Below are positions 11,314 to 23,265 of a DNA stretch of 64,000 nt, piece after piece. Position 1 is the stretch's first letter. Every line of letters starts with the position of its first letter. A program made the position numbers and the translations under genes. The stretch is from Peribolospora baueri (taxonomy: Eukaryota): the NCBI GenBank assembly GCA_029717555.1, contig JAMDHS010000011.1, positions 186,001-250,000 of the forward strand, read 5' to 3'. Below the pieces are notes generated by a model. The model was not told where the DNA came from. It ran no database searches and saw nothing but the letters and a program-made list of their open reading frames with translations.

Positions 11314-11666
11314 TCGAGGCCGAGGCTGGTGCCGTACGCGGGGAGGTGGATGTCGTGGTGGTAGTGTATAGGGAGTGCCCACTCCTGGCCGCGTCAGCGT
11401 AGGACCGTCTGGCGGTGCGAAATGACGCTCCTCAAGCTTGAAAATCTGGGCAATAAAATGAACCAGGTCCAGGATGAGGAGTTCGCGCCGGAGCCGTCGT
11501 CTTCCGCCGGGGCCGCTATCTCTTCCTGCACACGAGCCTCGGTGCTGAAGATGGTGTCCTGGACCTGGTTCATTTTATTGTCAAGATTCTCAAGCTTGAG
11601 GAGCGTCATCTCGCGCGGCCAGGAGTGGGCACACGACATTGCGTACGGCACCAGCTTCGGCCTCGA
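11314..11666. repeat. Nested inverted repeats A and B forming a long bulged hairpin
   Basis: 11417-11474 pairs with 11557-11614 (58 bp, 4 mismatches). 11314-11339, 11350-11356 and 11375-11393 pair in order with 11614-11666. Confidence 0.93.
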
Positions 11667-14220
11667 CAAGAGCGAGTTGAGGTCGGAGAAGAACGAAGCG
11701 TCGGCGGTCGTTTTCCTGCTAACGGCCTTCTTGGCCTTGGCCAAGAGCGGTTGGACAATCTGGACTGCGGCTAGGGTAAGCAAGCCAATGTCGTTCGGGC
11801 CCTTCACGATCTGGCGCACTCTGGTGCTGGGGGGTCTGATGCACGATGAAAGGGGTAGAAGTAGGAGCGGGCGTGGGGGTCACATTGCGTGCGACGCGTG
11901 CTCGCGACGTTGTTACCGTGGTTCTGGTGGGCGCCCCGGGCGGAGGTCCAGGGCGGGGCGCCGGGGTGGCCTTGGGGGGGATCCAGATGAGGTATGGGAA
12001 GCGTCAGAGGTGGATGGAGATAAAAAAGACGACTCGAGCTTATGGTGAGGTTCAAGATGATGGTGGTCGTCCCGTGAATCACGGAGGCCACTTCTGCCCG
12101 CGGAACGTGCCGCAGCCAGGTCCGATGTCTGTCCGGGCGGCCGCCGCTGAATCGTCACGTACATGGACTCTCCCATGACCGTCACGTCTGACGGCCGCAA
12201 CCTGGAGATGCAGAACCGAGGGTCGGTCAGGCCTCGATTGCTTTACTTCCACGTTCAAGTCTCAGTGGCTCGCCAGCTCTCTCGAGTCTCGGTGTCGAGA
12301 GACCTCAGCGCCTCGATGGCCTGCATTCTGTCGCGCTCCCGAAGCAAGACCGTCCTGGATCTGCCGAATGATCGGTCTGGCAAGCTGCGCACAGTAAGAT
12401 AGATTGTCAGCCTCCCTGGTTGGTACAATTCGAGTTGGATAACCGAGCTGTTTAGCGGAAGCGCACCGAGACGCGGAAAGAGCGCCCTGCGAAGAAGAGG
12501 GAGAGGAGGCCTTTTATCCTAACACGCCCGGCACAACTGCGCTTTCTTGGACGATGGTGGCCTCCGACATTGGGGCTCGAAGAAAGGCGCGGCGCGTCCG
12601 CGTCGTCCTCCAGAGCAGGGAAGGAAGGAGTGGAGAATGCAGACATAGCCTGGGACAGAGTCGAGAAGGGCTTGTTATCCTGACTGCGCAGCTCCTTGAT
12701 CATCTTCTTACGGCCTGGAATGGTCACTGGCGGCGAGGCAGACAGACAGACAGACGACGAGCGTGGCCAGAGTGTTCGGAGCCCCGACCGAGCCGAGTAC
12801 TACTCCATCCATCCTCTGGGCACCGGTCGGTCAGTCGCTGCTGAACGGGGGGCGGTGCATATGCACCACCACCACGACGGACACGACTTATCGATCGCCG
12901 TTGGCCATATGATCCGGACATGGGCGACAGTCGCACAAGTGAGACATGGACGTATCGGGCGGACACCGATGACGACGCGTCTTCGTCGCGTTTCTCTCAT
13001 GCGCCTAAATATCACGTGCGAAAGTCGCGGGCCACACCTCGTTCGGCGTCGTGCTGCCGGACGGGCCGCGCAAGCGTCGGCCCGCGGGGGACGGGGCAGA
13101 GAGGCCACTTAGGCCCGGCTGGAGACTCCGCGATGCCTGGCACGTCGGCGCCGGACGGGTGGGCCGAGGGTTGCGCGGCCCGCAAGGGACGGCGGCGGCC
13201 ACGGAGGGGTGAAACGTTTCTAGAAGCCAAGCCGATATAGGCAGATGCAGTCCATGTACGCACACATGAGTTTTGAGAAAAGAAAACAAGAAAGGAAAAG
13301 AAGAAAATGAAAAGCAAGGCCTTTCTCGCCGTCGGTCGGAAGCGGCGTCCGCTGACTGGCGGCCACGTAATCGGCCGGCACGGAGGAAATGGCCGGGATG
13401 GACGGTCCGTCTGTGCCGCAGCAAGTGACACAGACCCGTTTGTCTTCGGGCCGTGGAAGAAAGAAATGCGTGTGGCAGGCAAACGCACGACCCGCCTTCC
13501 TCGTCCGTGGCACGTTGTCGTTGTCGTGGTCGTTGTCGTCGTGGTCGTCGAGAAAGGAACACTGAACACGCTGCCCCAAGCGGGGCGGAACGCTCTTGGA
13601 AATACGGAGATGGATGGACGTGCGCGTCGTGTCCTGGCCGGCAGATAGGCCAACAGACACGCGGACTCGCACGCCGGACGGAGGCAGGCAGGCAGGTACG
13701 TCGACCCCGTGCTAGCCAGTGACGCCGAATTCGCCGTCCGGATACGTAATCCGATCACCACCAAGATAATCTGTCTGATCCACTCGCTCCTGTCCTCGGA
13801 GGCTCGACCCGATGCATTGTTCCGGAATCGCGATCTGCCTGAGCTGACGACGGGACGACGTGAGGGAGCACTTACTTATGGAGCTTCGCGGCTCATCCGT
13901 CCTACCCCCCATCCCCATCCTCCCCCCTCCTCCAATCCTCCGCCCTGCCTTTGCGTAGCTTCTTCACGGGCGGCCTTCCACGTCTCCCACAGGCTCTTCT
14001 TCTCTCTCCTCTGTCCTCGCAGCTGGCGTCGTCCAACCCTCGGAGAGCCGTGTCGTCGCTGTTGCACGCCGCTCGCGCTCGCACAGACGCACAGGCCTTG
14101 GCCCGTTCGTCCTGCCCGGCTCCGCTTAAATTGGGCGTTGTCGCACTTTTTTGCTCCGAGCGCAACGCGTAGATCTCCTCACCGGCTTCGCCTCTCCTCG
14201 CCTTGTCTCTTCCCACCGCC

Positions 14221-17200
14221 ATGTCCACGCCCGCACCCTACTTCGCCGCCGCTCCCTCTCCGAACGAAGAGGGAGACGTCGAGCATGTCTCCGAGCCTGG
14301 CGTCGCTCACGCTGCCCAAGCGCGCCCCGAGGACGCGCCGTTGGGCCCCAGCCTCAGTAGGAAGATCAGCATTCCTGTGGACCACTTCGATCCCGAAGGT
14401 GAGCCAAGCTTTACGGCCTTGTGCGTGCCACGCCGTCTATCCAACATTCATCACCCTTCCTTTCGACCACCTGACTCGCAGGCACCGACTCGCTCCGACG
14501 TACCCTCTCCAAAGAATCCTACCAACGCCGCATGTCCGCCTCCGGACGTCGGCCGTCCGTGTCCACCGTCGACCGAGCCCGTTCCAAGTCCATTGGCGAG
14601 CCCGGCATCAAGGAACGCCCCGAGACGGCCGATTCCGCCGGTCCTTCTTCCTCCGATGATCACAACAGCAGCAGCAAGTTCGATCTCGAGGACTTCCTCA
14701 GTCAGGTCATGACTAGGGGACGCGAGGCCGGTAAGAAGAGCAGGGAGATGGGCGTTTGGTTCCAAGATTTGTCCGTCTCCGTGAGTGCCCGTCGCCCGAC
14801 ACCAACTTTTCGACGCCGGCGGGATGCACTGATTGAACTCGCATTTCGTCTTTCTCTATATCCTCCCTCAGGGCGTCGGCGCAGGCGTTTCCCTCTCCTC
14901 CAACGTCCTGTCCACCCTTTTGACGCCCTTCGACGCTTCCCTATACCGCCGCGCGCCCATCAAGAACATCCTCACCGGCTTCACCGGCACCATCCGCCCC
15001 GGAGAGATGGTCCTCGTCCTCGGTCGTCCCGGCGCCGGTTGCACATCCTTTCTCAAGACGCTCGCTAGCTATCGCGATGGGTTCAGGAGCGTCGACGGGC
15101 AGATCGGCTACGGGCCGATCGGCGTGAGGGAGGTGCAGAAGAAGTTGCGCGCCGAGGTCGCATACCTCCCCGAAGGTGGGTGTCGCGTGCGATTCACCAG
15201 AGACGCACTTGCACGTTTTCAGCCTTTTTCTCATGTCCCGGCCGTGACCGCTAACGAGGATCCTTTTCCGCCTTCTTTTCCGTTTTCTTCGTAGATGACA
15301 TCCACTTCCCGACCATGACCGTGTCCGAGACGCTGTCTTTCGCCGCCGCTGCCCGCGCGCCCGATTCCAAGGACTGCCTCGACGGCATGGGCCGCAAGGA
15401 GTTCACCAACACCTTGCGCGACGTTCTCATGACCGTCTTCGGCCTTCGTCACACTGCGCAGACAAAGGTGGGCAACGACTACATCCGCGGCGTTTCCGGC
15501 GGCGAGAGGAAGCGCGTCAGCGTCGCCGAGATCCTCGCCGTGCGGTCGAGGCTCATCTGCTTCGACAACTCGACCCGAGGCCTCGACGCTAGCACGGCCG
15601 TCGAGTTTGTCCGCGCACTTCGCATCGCGTCCGACTTGACGCGCAACGCGATCGCCGTGAGCATCTACCAAGCCGGCGAGCAGCTCTACAAGCTCTTCGA
15701 CAAGGTCGCCGTCATCAACCAGGGCCACTTGGTCTTCTACGGCCCCACCGATGCCGCGGTGACCTACTTCACCGAGATGGGCTTTCGGCCCCATGACCGC
15801 CAGACGACGGCCGACTTTCTTGTCTCCGTCACTGACCCCAAGGGACGGCTGATCCGCGAGGGCTACGAGTCTCACGTCCCGCGCACGCCCGCCGACATGG
15901 CCCGCCGCTTCGAAGAGTCCGAGGCGGGTCGACGGAACCGGGCGGAGGCGGTCGAGTACAGCAAGGAGAACGAGGGCAAGGAAGAGGAGATGGAGGCCGA
16001 GTACAAGCGTATGGCCCGCGCTGAGAAGAGCAGCGGTCAGCGCAAGGGGAGCGCCTACGTCCTCAGCTACCAGCGCCAGGTCGCCCTCTGTGTCCTCCGA
16101 CGCGCCCAGATCGTCAAGGGCGATATCGGCACCCACCTCACCCTCATCCTCGCCGCCACGTTCCAGGTGAGCCAGAGTCGCCCGCTTTCTGCTCGTCGAT
16201 GGATGCTCGGATCGGCGCACGCAAACGCCGTCGTACTGATTCTCCAATTTTGCGCGCCCCTCCACAGTCCATCATCCAAGGGTCCGTGTTTTACCAGATG
16301 CCCAAGAACACCTCCGGTTTCTTCAGTCGAGGCGGTGTCATCTTCTTCGCTCTCTTGTTCAACGCCTTCACCGCTGCCACCGAGATCAACGCCGGCTACT
16401 CGCAGAGGTGAGGTTTTGAGCTGTCACTGGACCGGGGCGTAGCGAGAACCGGAGTTGACCTGATCCCCTTCCGTTCGCTCCCCGGTAGGCCCATCGTCAT
16501 CCGTCACAAGCGCTTCGCCATGGTTCATCCGAGCGCCGACGCGTTGGCGAACACGCTCCTCGACATGCCGATGCGTTTCCTTAACGTCCTTTGTGAGACG
16601 GATCCCGCTCGGTCACTTTCTCTCATCGCGTCCCTCCTTGTCCCGTCGTGTCGTGCTAATTCGACCTTTTGTTTACTTACTTGCCGGGCCCCCGACAGTC
16701 TTTGACATCGTCCTCTACTTCATGAGCGGCATGCAGTATACCGCAGGACAGTTCTTCATCTTCTTGTGCTACACCCTCGTCGCTACCTACACCATGGTCA
16801 GCTTCTTCCGCGCCCTGGCCGCCTCGATGAAGGCGGAGAGCAGTGCGACGACGTTGGGAGGCCTGGCCGTCTTGGACCTCGCGACGTACGCCGGATACAT
16901 CATCCCGAAGAGGTCGATGCACCCATGGTTCAAGTGGCTCACCTACATCAACCCCATCAGCTGGGCCTTTGAGGCGCTCATGGCGAACGAGTTCAGGACG
17001 CTCAACGTTCCCTGTGCAATGTACGTTCCCTCGGGTCCGGGATACGAGCATGTGCCGCGGGAGAACCAGGTGTGTCCCATCGCCGGCGCCGTGCCCGGTC
17101 AGCCGCTCGTCAGCGGCGAGGCCTACATCAACACGAGCTTCGGATACTCGTGGTCGAACGCCGGGCGCAACGCTGGCATCATGATCGTGAGTTTCTGCAA

Positions 17201-19903
17201 TGGTTTTTTTTTATATTTTCTCTTTTCTTTTTAAACTCTTCCTTCTCGGTTCGTCGGAATTGAATTGTCCCGACCTTCGCCCCTCGTCTCTTCACAGGCG
17301 TTTTGGGTCTTCTTCATGGTCTGGTACTGGATCGCCAGCGAATGGCAAACTGACCCCAAGGCCAGCGGTGGTGTCATCGTCTTTCACCGGTCACGCGCTC
17401 CCAAGGTGGTCAAGGAGACCGCCAAGGGCGGACGGGGCTCCGACGAGGAGAAGACCATTGCTTCGGATGCGGACCCGATGGCCGTTGAGGAAACTTCGGC
17501 GCAGGACAAGGCAAATGCTACAAATGCTTTGAGCGCCAGCTCGGACGTCTTCTCCTGGGATAAAGTCAACTACGACGTCGTTGTCCAAGGGGGCAAGACG
17601 CGTCGGTTGCTCCAGGACGTCAAGTGAGTAGTGGCCGTTGCGTCATCTGTTCATCCAGGGCAGTCCTGAGCTACGCTAGGTTCTTTCTGACCTGATCATG
17701 CCACTATCTTGTCACGTTTTTTTTTAGGGGTTACGTCGCTCCAGGCAAGCTCACGGCCCTCATGGGCGAATCGGGTGCCGGCAAGACGACCCTGCTCAAC
17801 GTGCTCGCTCAACGTGTTAACATGGGCGTCGTCACGGGCGACATGCTCGTAAACGGGAGGCTCTTGCCCAAGTCCTTCCAAGCCTCTGTCGGTTATTGTC
17901 AGCAACAGGACGTTCACCTCAGCACCGCCACCGTTCGCGAGGCCCTCCAGTTCTCCGCCCTCCTCCGGCAGCCGGCGTCGACGCCGAAGCAGGAGAAGCT
18001 GGCTTACGTTGAGGATGTCATTAAGATGTTAGAGATGGAGCCTTTCGCGGAAGCCATGGTCGGCGAGGTCGGAGAGGGTCTTTCGGTGGAGCAGCGCAAG
18101 CTCTTGACCATCGGCGTGGAGCTCGCGGCCAAGCCGGAGCTCCTCCTCTTCCTTGACGAGCCCACGTCCGGCCTAGACTCGCAGTCCGCTTGGGCCATCG
18201 TCTCCATCCTCCGCAAGCTCGCCGATCACGGCCAGGCCATCTTGTGCACCATCCACCAGCCGTCCGGCGAGGTCTTCTCCGTGTTCGACAGGCTCCTCCT
18301 TCTACAGAAGGGTGGCAAGACGGTATACTTTGGTGACATTGGCAAGAACGCCTCCCAACTCGTCGACTACTTCCAGACGCGGTCCGGACAGATCTGCAGG
18401 GATGAAGACAACCCGGCAGAGTACATGCTCGACGTCATCGGCGCCGGCGCCACCGCCTCAACCAAGCACGACTGGCACGAGCTCTGGAAGCAGAGCGAGC
18501 TCAAAGAGCAGCTGGACAGGGACTTGGACGAGATTTATGCGAGCAAGAAAGAAGCAGCCACGGCTAACGATGAGCGTGCCGATCGGGAGTACGCCGCCAG
18601 TTTCACGCAGCAATTCGTCGTGGTTACGCACCGCGTCTTCACCTCTTACTGGCGCAACCCCGTGTACGTGCTGAGCAAGCTCGCGCTCAACGTGCTTGCA
18701 GGTCTCTTCATCGGCTTCTCCTTCTGGAAGCTCGGTCGCAGCATCAGCGATCTTCAGAACATGCTTTTCGCGTGTTTCATGAGCATCGTGCTCTCCACCT
18801 CGCTCTCTCAGCAGCTTCAGCCCATGCTAATCTCGCTGCGCGCCTTGTACGAGGTGCGCGAGCGCCCGAGCAAGATGTACAACTGGGTCGTCGCCACGCT
18901 CAGCTGGGCCCTGGTGGAGATTCCATGGAACCTCTTCGGAGGCACGTTGTTCTTCGTCTGTTGGTGTGAGTACCGCGTTTCCCTGCACGTCGTTTCCTCG
19001 ATGAATCCTGACGTCTCTCGCCGCTCGTATCTATTTCACTTTAGACTGGACGTGCGGTTTCCCGTTGGAGAGCGCAAGGGTTGGCTACCACTGGGGTTTC
19101 TACATGCTCTACGAAATTTACTTCGCCAGCTTCGCTCAGGCCATCGCAGTCGTCGCCGCCAATTCCATGATCGCCTCCATCCTGTTCAGCACCTTTTTCT
19201 CCTTCGTCATCGTCATGTGCGGTGTCGTTCAACCTCCGCCGCAGCTGCCCTACTTCTGGAGGAGTTGGATGTTTCCGTAAGTGGGCAGTTTCTGTGCCGG
19301 ATGCGCCTTCTGGGGCCACTTGATCTGACACCATTTGTATTTGATCTGCAGTCTGTCTCCCTTTACATATCTCATCGAAGGCTTCCTCGGCAACATCATC
19401 GGGGGCAAGCCGGTGAGCATGAGCATGGATGCCTCGGCTCTTGACGGTTCTTGCGCTGACGCCTCTTGGCTTCTTCGGCCTTCCTCTCGCAGATCGTTTG
19501 TAAACCGCAAGAATTCGCCTACATTACGCCTCCAGCTGGTCAGACATGCCAGCAGTACCTCGGCCCATTCGTTGAATTTGCCTCTGGCTACTTCCAAGAT
19601 GGCCCTAACGGTACCTGCGCTTACTGCCAGTATAAGGACGGCGACGAGTTCCTCGCAACTGTCGACATGTCCGCCAGCCACAAGTACCGGAACATCGGGA
19701 TCATCGTGGCGTACATTGCCTTCAACTTTTTCTTGCTCTTCTTCCTCATGTGGGCACTGCGTGTCCACAAGTGGAAGAAAGGTGAAAAGGTGGTACCGTC
19801 CAAGGCTGCTGCTATTCAGGTCGACGGTCCCGTCGGAGCGAAGCAGGAGTTGCCCGCACCGGGCGGCCTCGCCGTTACCCGGGACGCAGGGCACCTGGCC
19901 TGA
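14221..19903 (+). CDS. Full-size ABCG/PDR-type multidrug ABC transporter (Snq2/Pdr5 family), ~12 exons
   Basis: NBD1 has the degenerate Walker A GRPGAGCTS, the signature VSGGERKRVS and CFDNSTRGLD. NBD2 has GESGAGKTT, LSVEQRKLLTIGVELAAKP and FLDEPTSGLDSQ. TMD motifs include EALMANEF and YFWRSWM. Topology is NBD-TMD-NBD-TMD with GT-AG introns. Confidence 0.95.
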
Positions 19904-20920
19904 GTCCCTGCGTCAATAGAGACATCGGGTTCATCTCGCAAAGTTTTCCTCATCCTGACGGCATTCATTTAATCGAGATCGTTCACGCGCTATGTACAAA
20001 AGGAGATTGTGTCTTTTCACTCTAATCACCGCCACCCGTAACCCTTTCCATTCCGCCGGCACCATGCCGCCACGCCACCCGTGCTCGTATTGCTGTCCTT
20101 CCGTCACCTCTCCATAGGCGCGACAGATCCATAGAAACGCCTTACGCTCGTTCGTCGTTCTCCGTTCCACACATCTCTCGTGCCTTACACACGATGCCTT
20201 CCTCCTTTCGTTCCTAGACCCGTCCCTTTCTCTCTAGATCTCCGCGCTCTATTTTCTCTCCCGCTCAACCCCCCACCCTCGTCGTTTGCTTGCTTTCTGT
20301 AGCTTCGTCGGCCATCATCTCGTCTGCTCTCCAAGGATTCCTTCGAACGGAAGAAGAGTGAAATGGACACACGGTATTGTAGATCACCCCGTCTAGCGAC
20401 TTGTACGGAATGCGCCTGACTTCGGCTGTCCAAGAACGCGCGGATCGAAGAGGGCCTTCTTTGAGAACGAAGGTAATCCGTCATGGCGCCGGACCTGCTA
20501 TGAAGATGAGCAGAACGAGACGACCAAAACGAGGGTTCGAAGTAGGAGTAGCTGGTAGACTAGCGAGAAGGACAATTCAACGCTGTTGTCAGTGCTACTT
20601 GTCGCTGACATGTATGTACTCGAGTGTTCGATTATTCGACCACCAGGGAACAAGAAAGCACGGAAAGGGGTGAGCGGATCAGAGTCAGAAAGTGTGCTCG
20701 AGGTCTCAATCCTTGTGGCCACGTGGTCCGACTTGACAAACCGTCTTTGCTTCGAACGTATCTTCTTACACCGCATGTCCATGTGCTGGCCCTAATCCTA
20801 ATACGGATTCCAACAATGTCAGACCTCCAAACCTCAAGTTCCCTTTCGTAGCGTCTTCCTCCACCGGATCACGGATAGCTCGACGCCCACGCCCTACCAC
20901 CTGAGACGTCCGTCTGCGAT

Positions 20921-22896
20921 TCACAAAAACTTGCCAGTCGCGCTCGCATACCCCAAGCCGCCGACATCGTCCCTTTCGCCTCCTTTGCCCTTAAGCTTCC
21001 TCTGACCGCGATAGAGTAGACCATCGATGATGCCGGCGACAGTGAGCACGCCGCCGACGATGGCACACGTGGAGGTAAGAAAGTGGGCGAGAGACTCGCG
21101 GTGCTCGATGTATACCGTCTTGAGAGGGGAGATTTCGTAGTTGAAGAAGACGCCTATGGGAGAGATTCGATCCGTCAGGAATCGCGGTCTAGCTTCTAGT
21201 CATCGATCGTCTAGGGTTCATCATCGCACAAGGTACTCACCAGGCACGCCCATGAACCCATGCGCGGTCTTGAGCCCATGGTGGTCGAGACCAACAGCAG
21301 AGTCACCAGCGAGGTCGCGCTCGTAAGACGTGACGCTGTACTGATGCGTGTTGACAGTTTGGCCAGAGAGAGAGTTGAATTGGGTGCCGACGACTTTGAG
21401 GAAGTACTGAAACAAAGAGACCGACGCGGTGAAGAGAGGAGAACGTGTCAGTGTGCATGATTTATATGGTCAGATAGAAAGATGGGAGGCAGTGTGCCGA
21501 CGTCGTGAGACCATGTTCAACCCACCTGGAACATGAATTGACTCTTCTCCGTGTGCGCCCGAACGCCGTCCAGCGGGTTAACGAGCCCGAGTTCCTTCTT
21601 GATCCTCGCCCTCTCCTTGGCGTCTACCCTGCTCTCACCGTCACCGCCAAAGCTGAATGCGTGAATGATGTGCCCAAAGTCATGATGATGTCCGCCTTGG
21701 AGGTAGGGGACGAGATCGTGCATGTGCATCACGTTGTTCTGGAAAGACCGGCCGGGGGACATGTGGAAGTTGCCGATCACCTTGTTGACGTGCACTTTAC
21801 CCTGCACATTGCAACCCTCTTCCGACTGCGCCTTAATCTTCTCCGACCATCCTTCTTGGATGCACTGCGATAGGAAAAGGGCGACGGGAAGAAGGATATC
21901 TCGTTCAGTTCTTGTCCTTGTCCAATCCTACATGAGCTGGACAACAGGCAAGCTCACCTGCTCGACATTATCCGGGTTGCTAAAGCTCCAGCCTTTAGCC
22001 ACATAGCTGTCTCGGACCTCGTCGCACGTGTTGCAGCACCCACTCTCCGGCGGTTGTCCTCCATAGCAATCTCCGCAGTAGTTCGCCCCGCGAGTTTTGG
22101 CCAGCTGCGCCGCCTGGCCTTCAAGGCCTGCAAGCGAGCGAGGAAAAGTGAGCAGATGAGCTTGAGACAACTATACATGCAAAAAGGGTCGAGCCTTAAC
22201 AACACAGATTCCCAGCTTACCTTTCATGACATCCGAGCTCACAGGAACGCCGTTCGCGCCGATCCTGATGCGGTTAATGTCGTGCTGAAGATCGTACTGG
22301 TGCTCGCCGCTGATGTCCATGATATCAATGCTGAGGACTGGTTGGCGCGGTAAAAGGAAGCAGAGTGAGCGAGGCTGTGACTTCGTTAAAAGGACAAGAA
22401 GTTGTCTGGCCCAACCGAGACCATCCTAAGCGATCATGCTGTCCGTCGAACTTACGATAACAGGGCACCCTCGGGAAAGTGATGTTCATGTCCACCGTCA
22501 GTTTCTCGCCTCTGCTCTTGTCGACCACGATGCTCGGCTTCACTTTGACCGTTTGCCAGTCCCAGAACTCGACGGTTGTGAGGGTAAAAATTATGGCTGC
22601 CGATATGAGGGTAACTTTAGGGATGAAGAGGTAGCAGAAAATGGTCGTTCATCAGCGTATCTGGCGGAATCTTGAGAAAGGCTGGGGAATGATACGCACT
22701 GAGGGCACCCGCGTTCGTCCGGATCTTCACGTCTTCCATCGTCTAAACGTGGACCGAGCGAGTAAGTATGTCAGCGTCCATCTGTTCTTCCAATGGGCGG
22801 CATTCCTTCTCCCAGGACACGATAAGCAAGACGGGAACCCACCTTTCCGAACGCGTCGAAGCCTCTGAGGCCACCGAAGGCGCCGTGCTTCCCCAT
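20921..22896 (-). CDS. ERV46: ER-Golgi COPII cargo receptor Erv46/ERGIC3 (multi-exon)
   Basis: MGKHGAFGGLRGFDAFGK, VDKSRGEKLTVDMNITFPRVPC, YCGDCYGG...CCNTCDEVRDSY...W, GKVHVNKVIGNFHMSPG, FQYFLKVV, FFNYEISPLK, C-terminal TM segment and GKFL*. The last exon boundary is uncertain. Confidence 0.93.
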
Positions 22897-23265
22897 CTTC
22901 GCTCTATCGCTGATTTTCTGGACGCTGAATCCTCTCCTTCTCCGGAGCGGGGAGACGATGTGAAGTGATGAGTTGAAGCGATGAGTGGGAGCGGGTAAGA
23001 GCGCGGAAGAGGGACGAGTCTGAGGTCGAAGCTGGCTGGAAGAACGACGCGGGGTCGCACAGCTGGCCGCCATGGCCGGTTGCCGCAGCCGGTCCGCGAT
23101 CGTTCCATCGGTTTAGTCCAGGAAGAAGTGGTGGCCGAGGTCCTCGGTCACCAACCTACGCTCTCAGTACTCCGGCACCTGCATTCGTTCTCTCTTCTCT
23201 TCCCTCCTTCACTTTCCCCACTTCCCACTCTCATTGTCAGCCTCCAGACCTTGTTGTTTTTTGAA

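Larger units (their letters stand above)
10116..12071 (-). mobile_element. Degenerate non-autonomous non-LTR (Tad1/LINE-like) retroelement: ORF1/gag only, with internal inverted fragments
   Basis: Minus-strand frames give SYADAARSG, WIPSLSDGLRLKSRLYPVIIHGVPTTF, SSLIVLFGNKETANRAIQRGL and the CCHC knuckle RCYRCCALDHTAVRC, typical of fungal LINE ORF1. Frameshifts are present and no RT motifs were seen. There is a 3' (AATC)-like tail at 10119-10144 and a flanking direct repeat CCGTGAATCAC at 10105-10115 and 12072-12082. Confidence 0.75.

Noticed and set aside
10397..11666. G-U wobble bias indicating the functional strand of the hairpins, or RIP-like mutation
   Set aside because: Transitions favour wobble on different strands in different arms, and they track codon position rather than a dinucleotide context.
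10277..12322. Possible long-range pairing of 10277-10350 with 12229-12322, giving a rod-like or viroid-like fold
   Set aside because: It needs many gaps, the longest perfect block is 8 bp in GC-rich DNA, and the right arm lies outside the candidate TSD. Not supportable without a folding statistic.
12083..12420. Protein-like frames beyond the TSD suggesting an interrupted host gene
   Set aside because: Stops in the inspected frames and no recognisable family.
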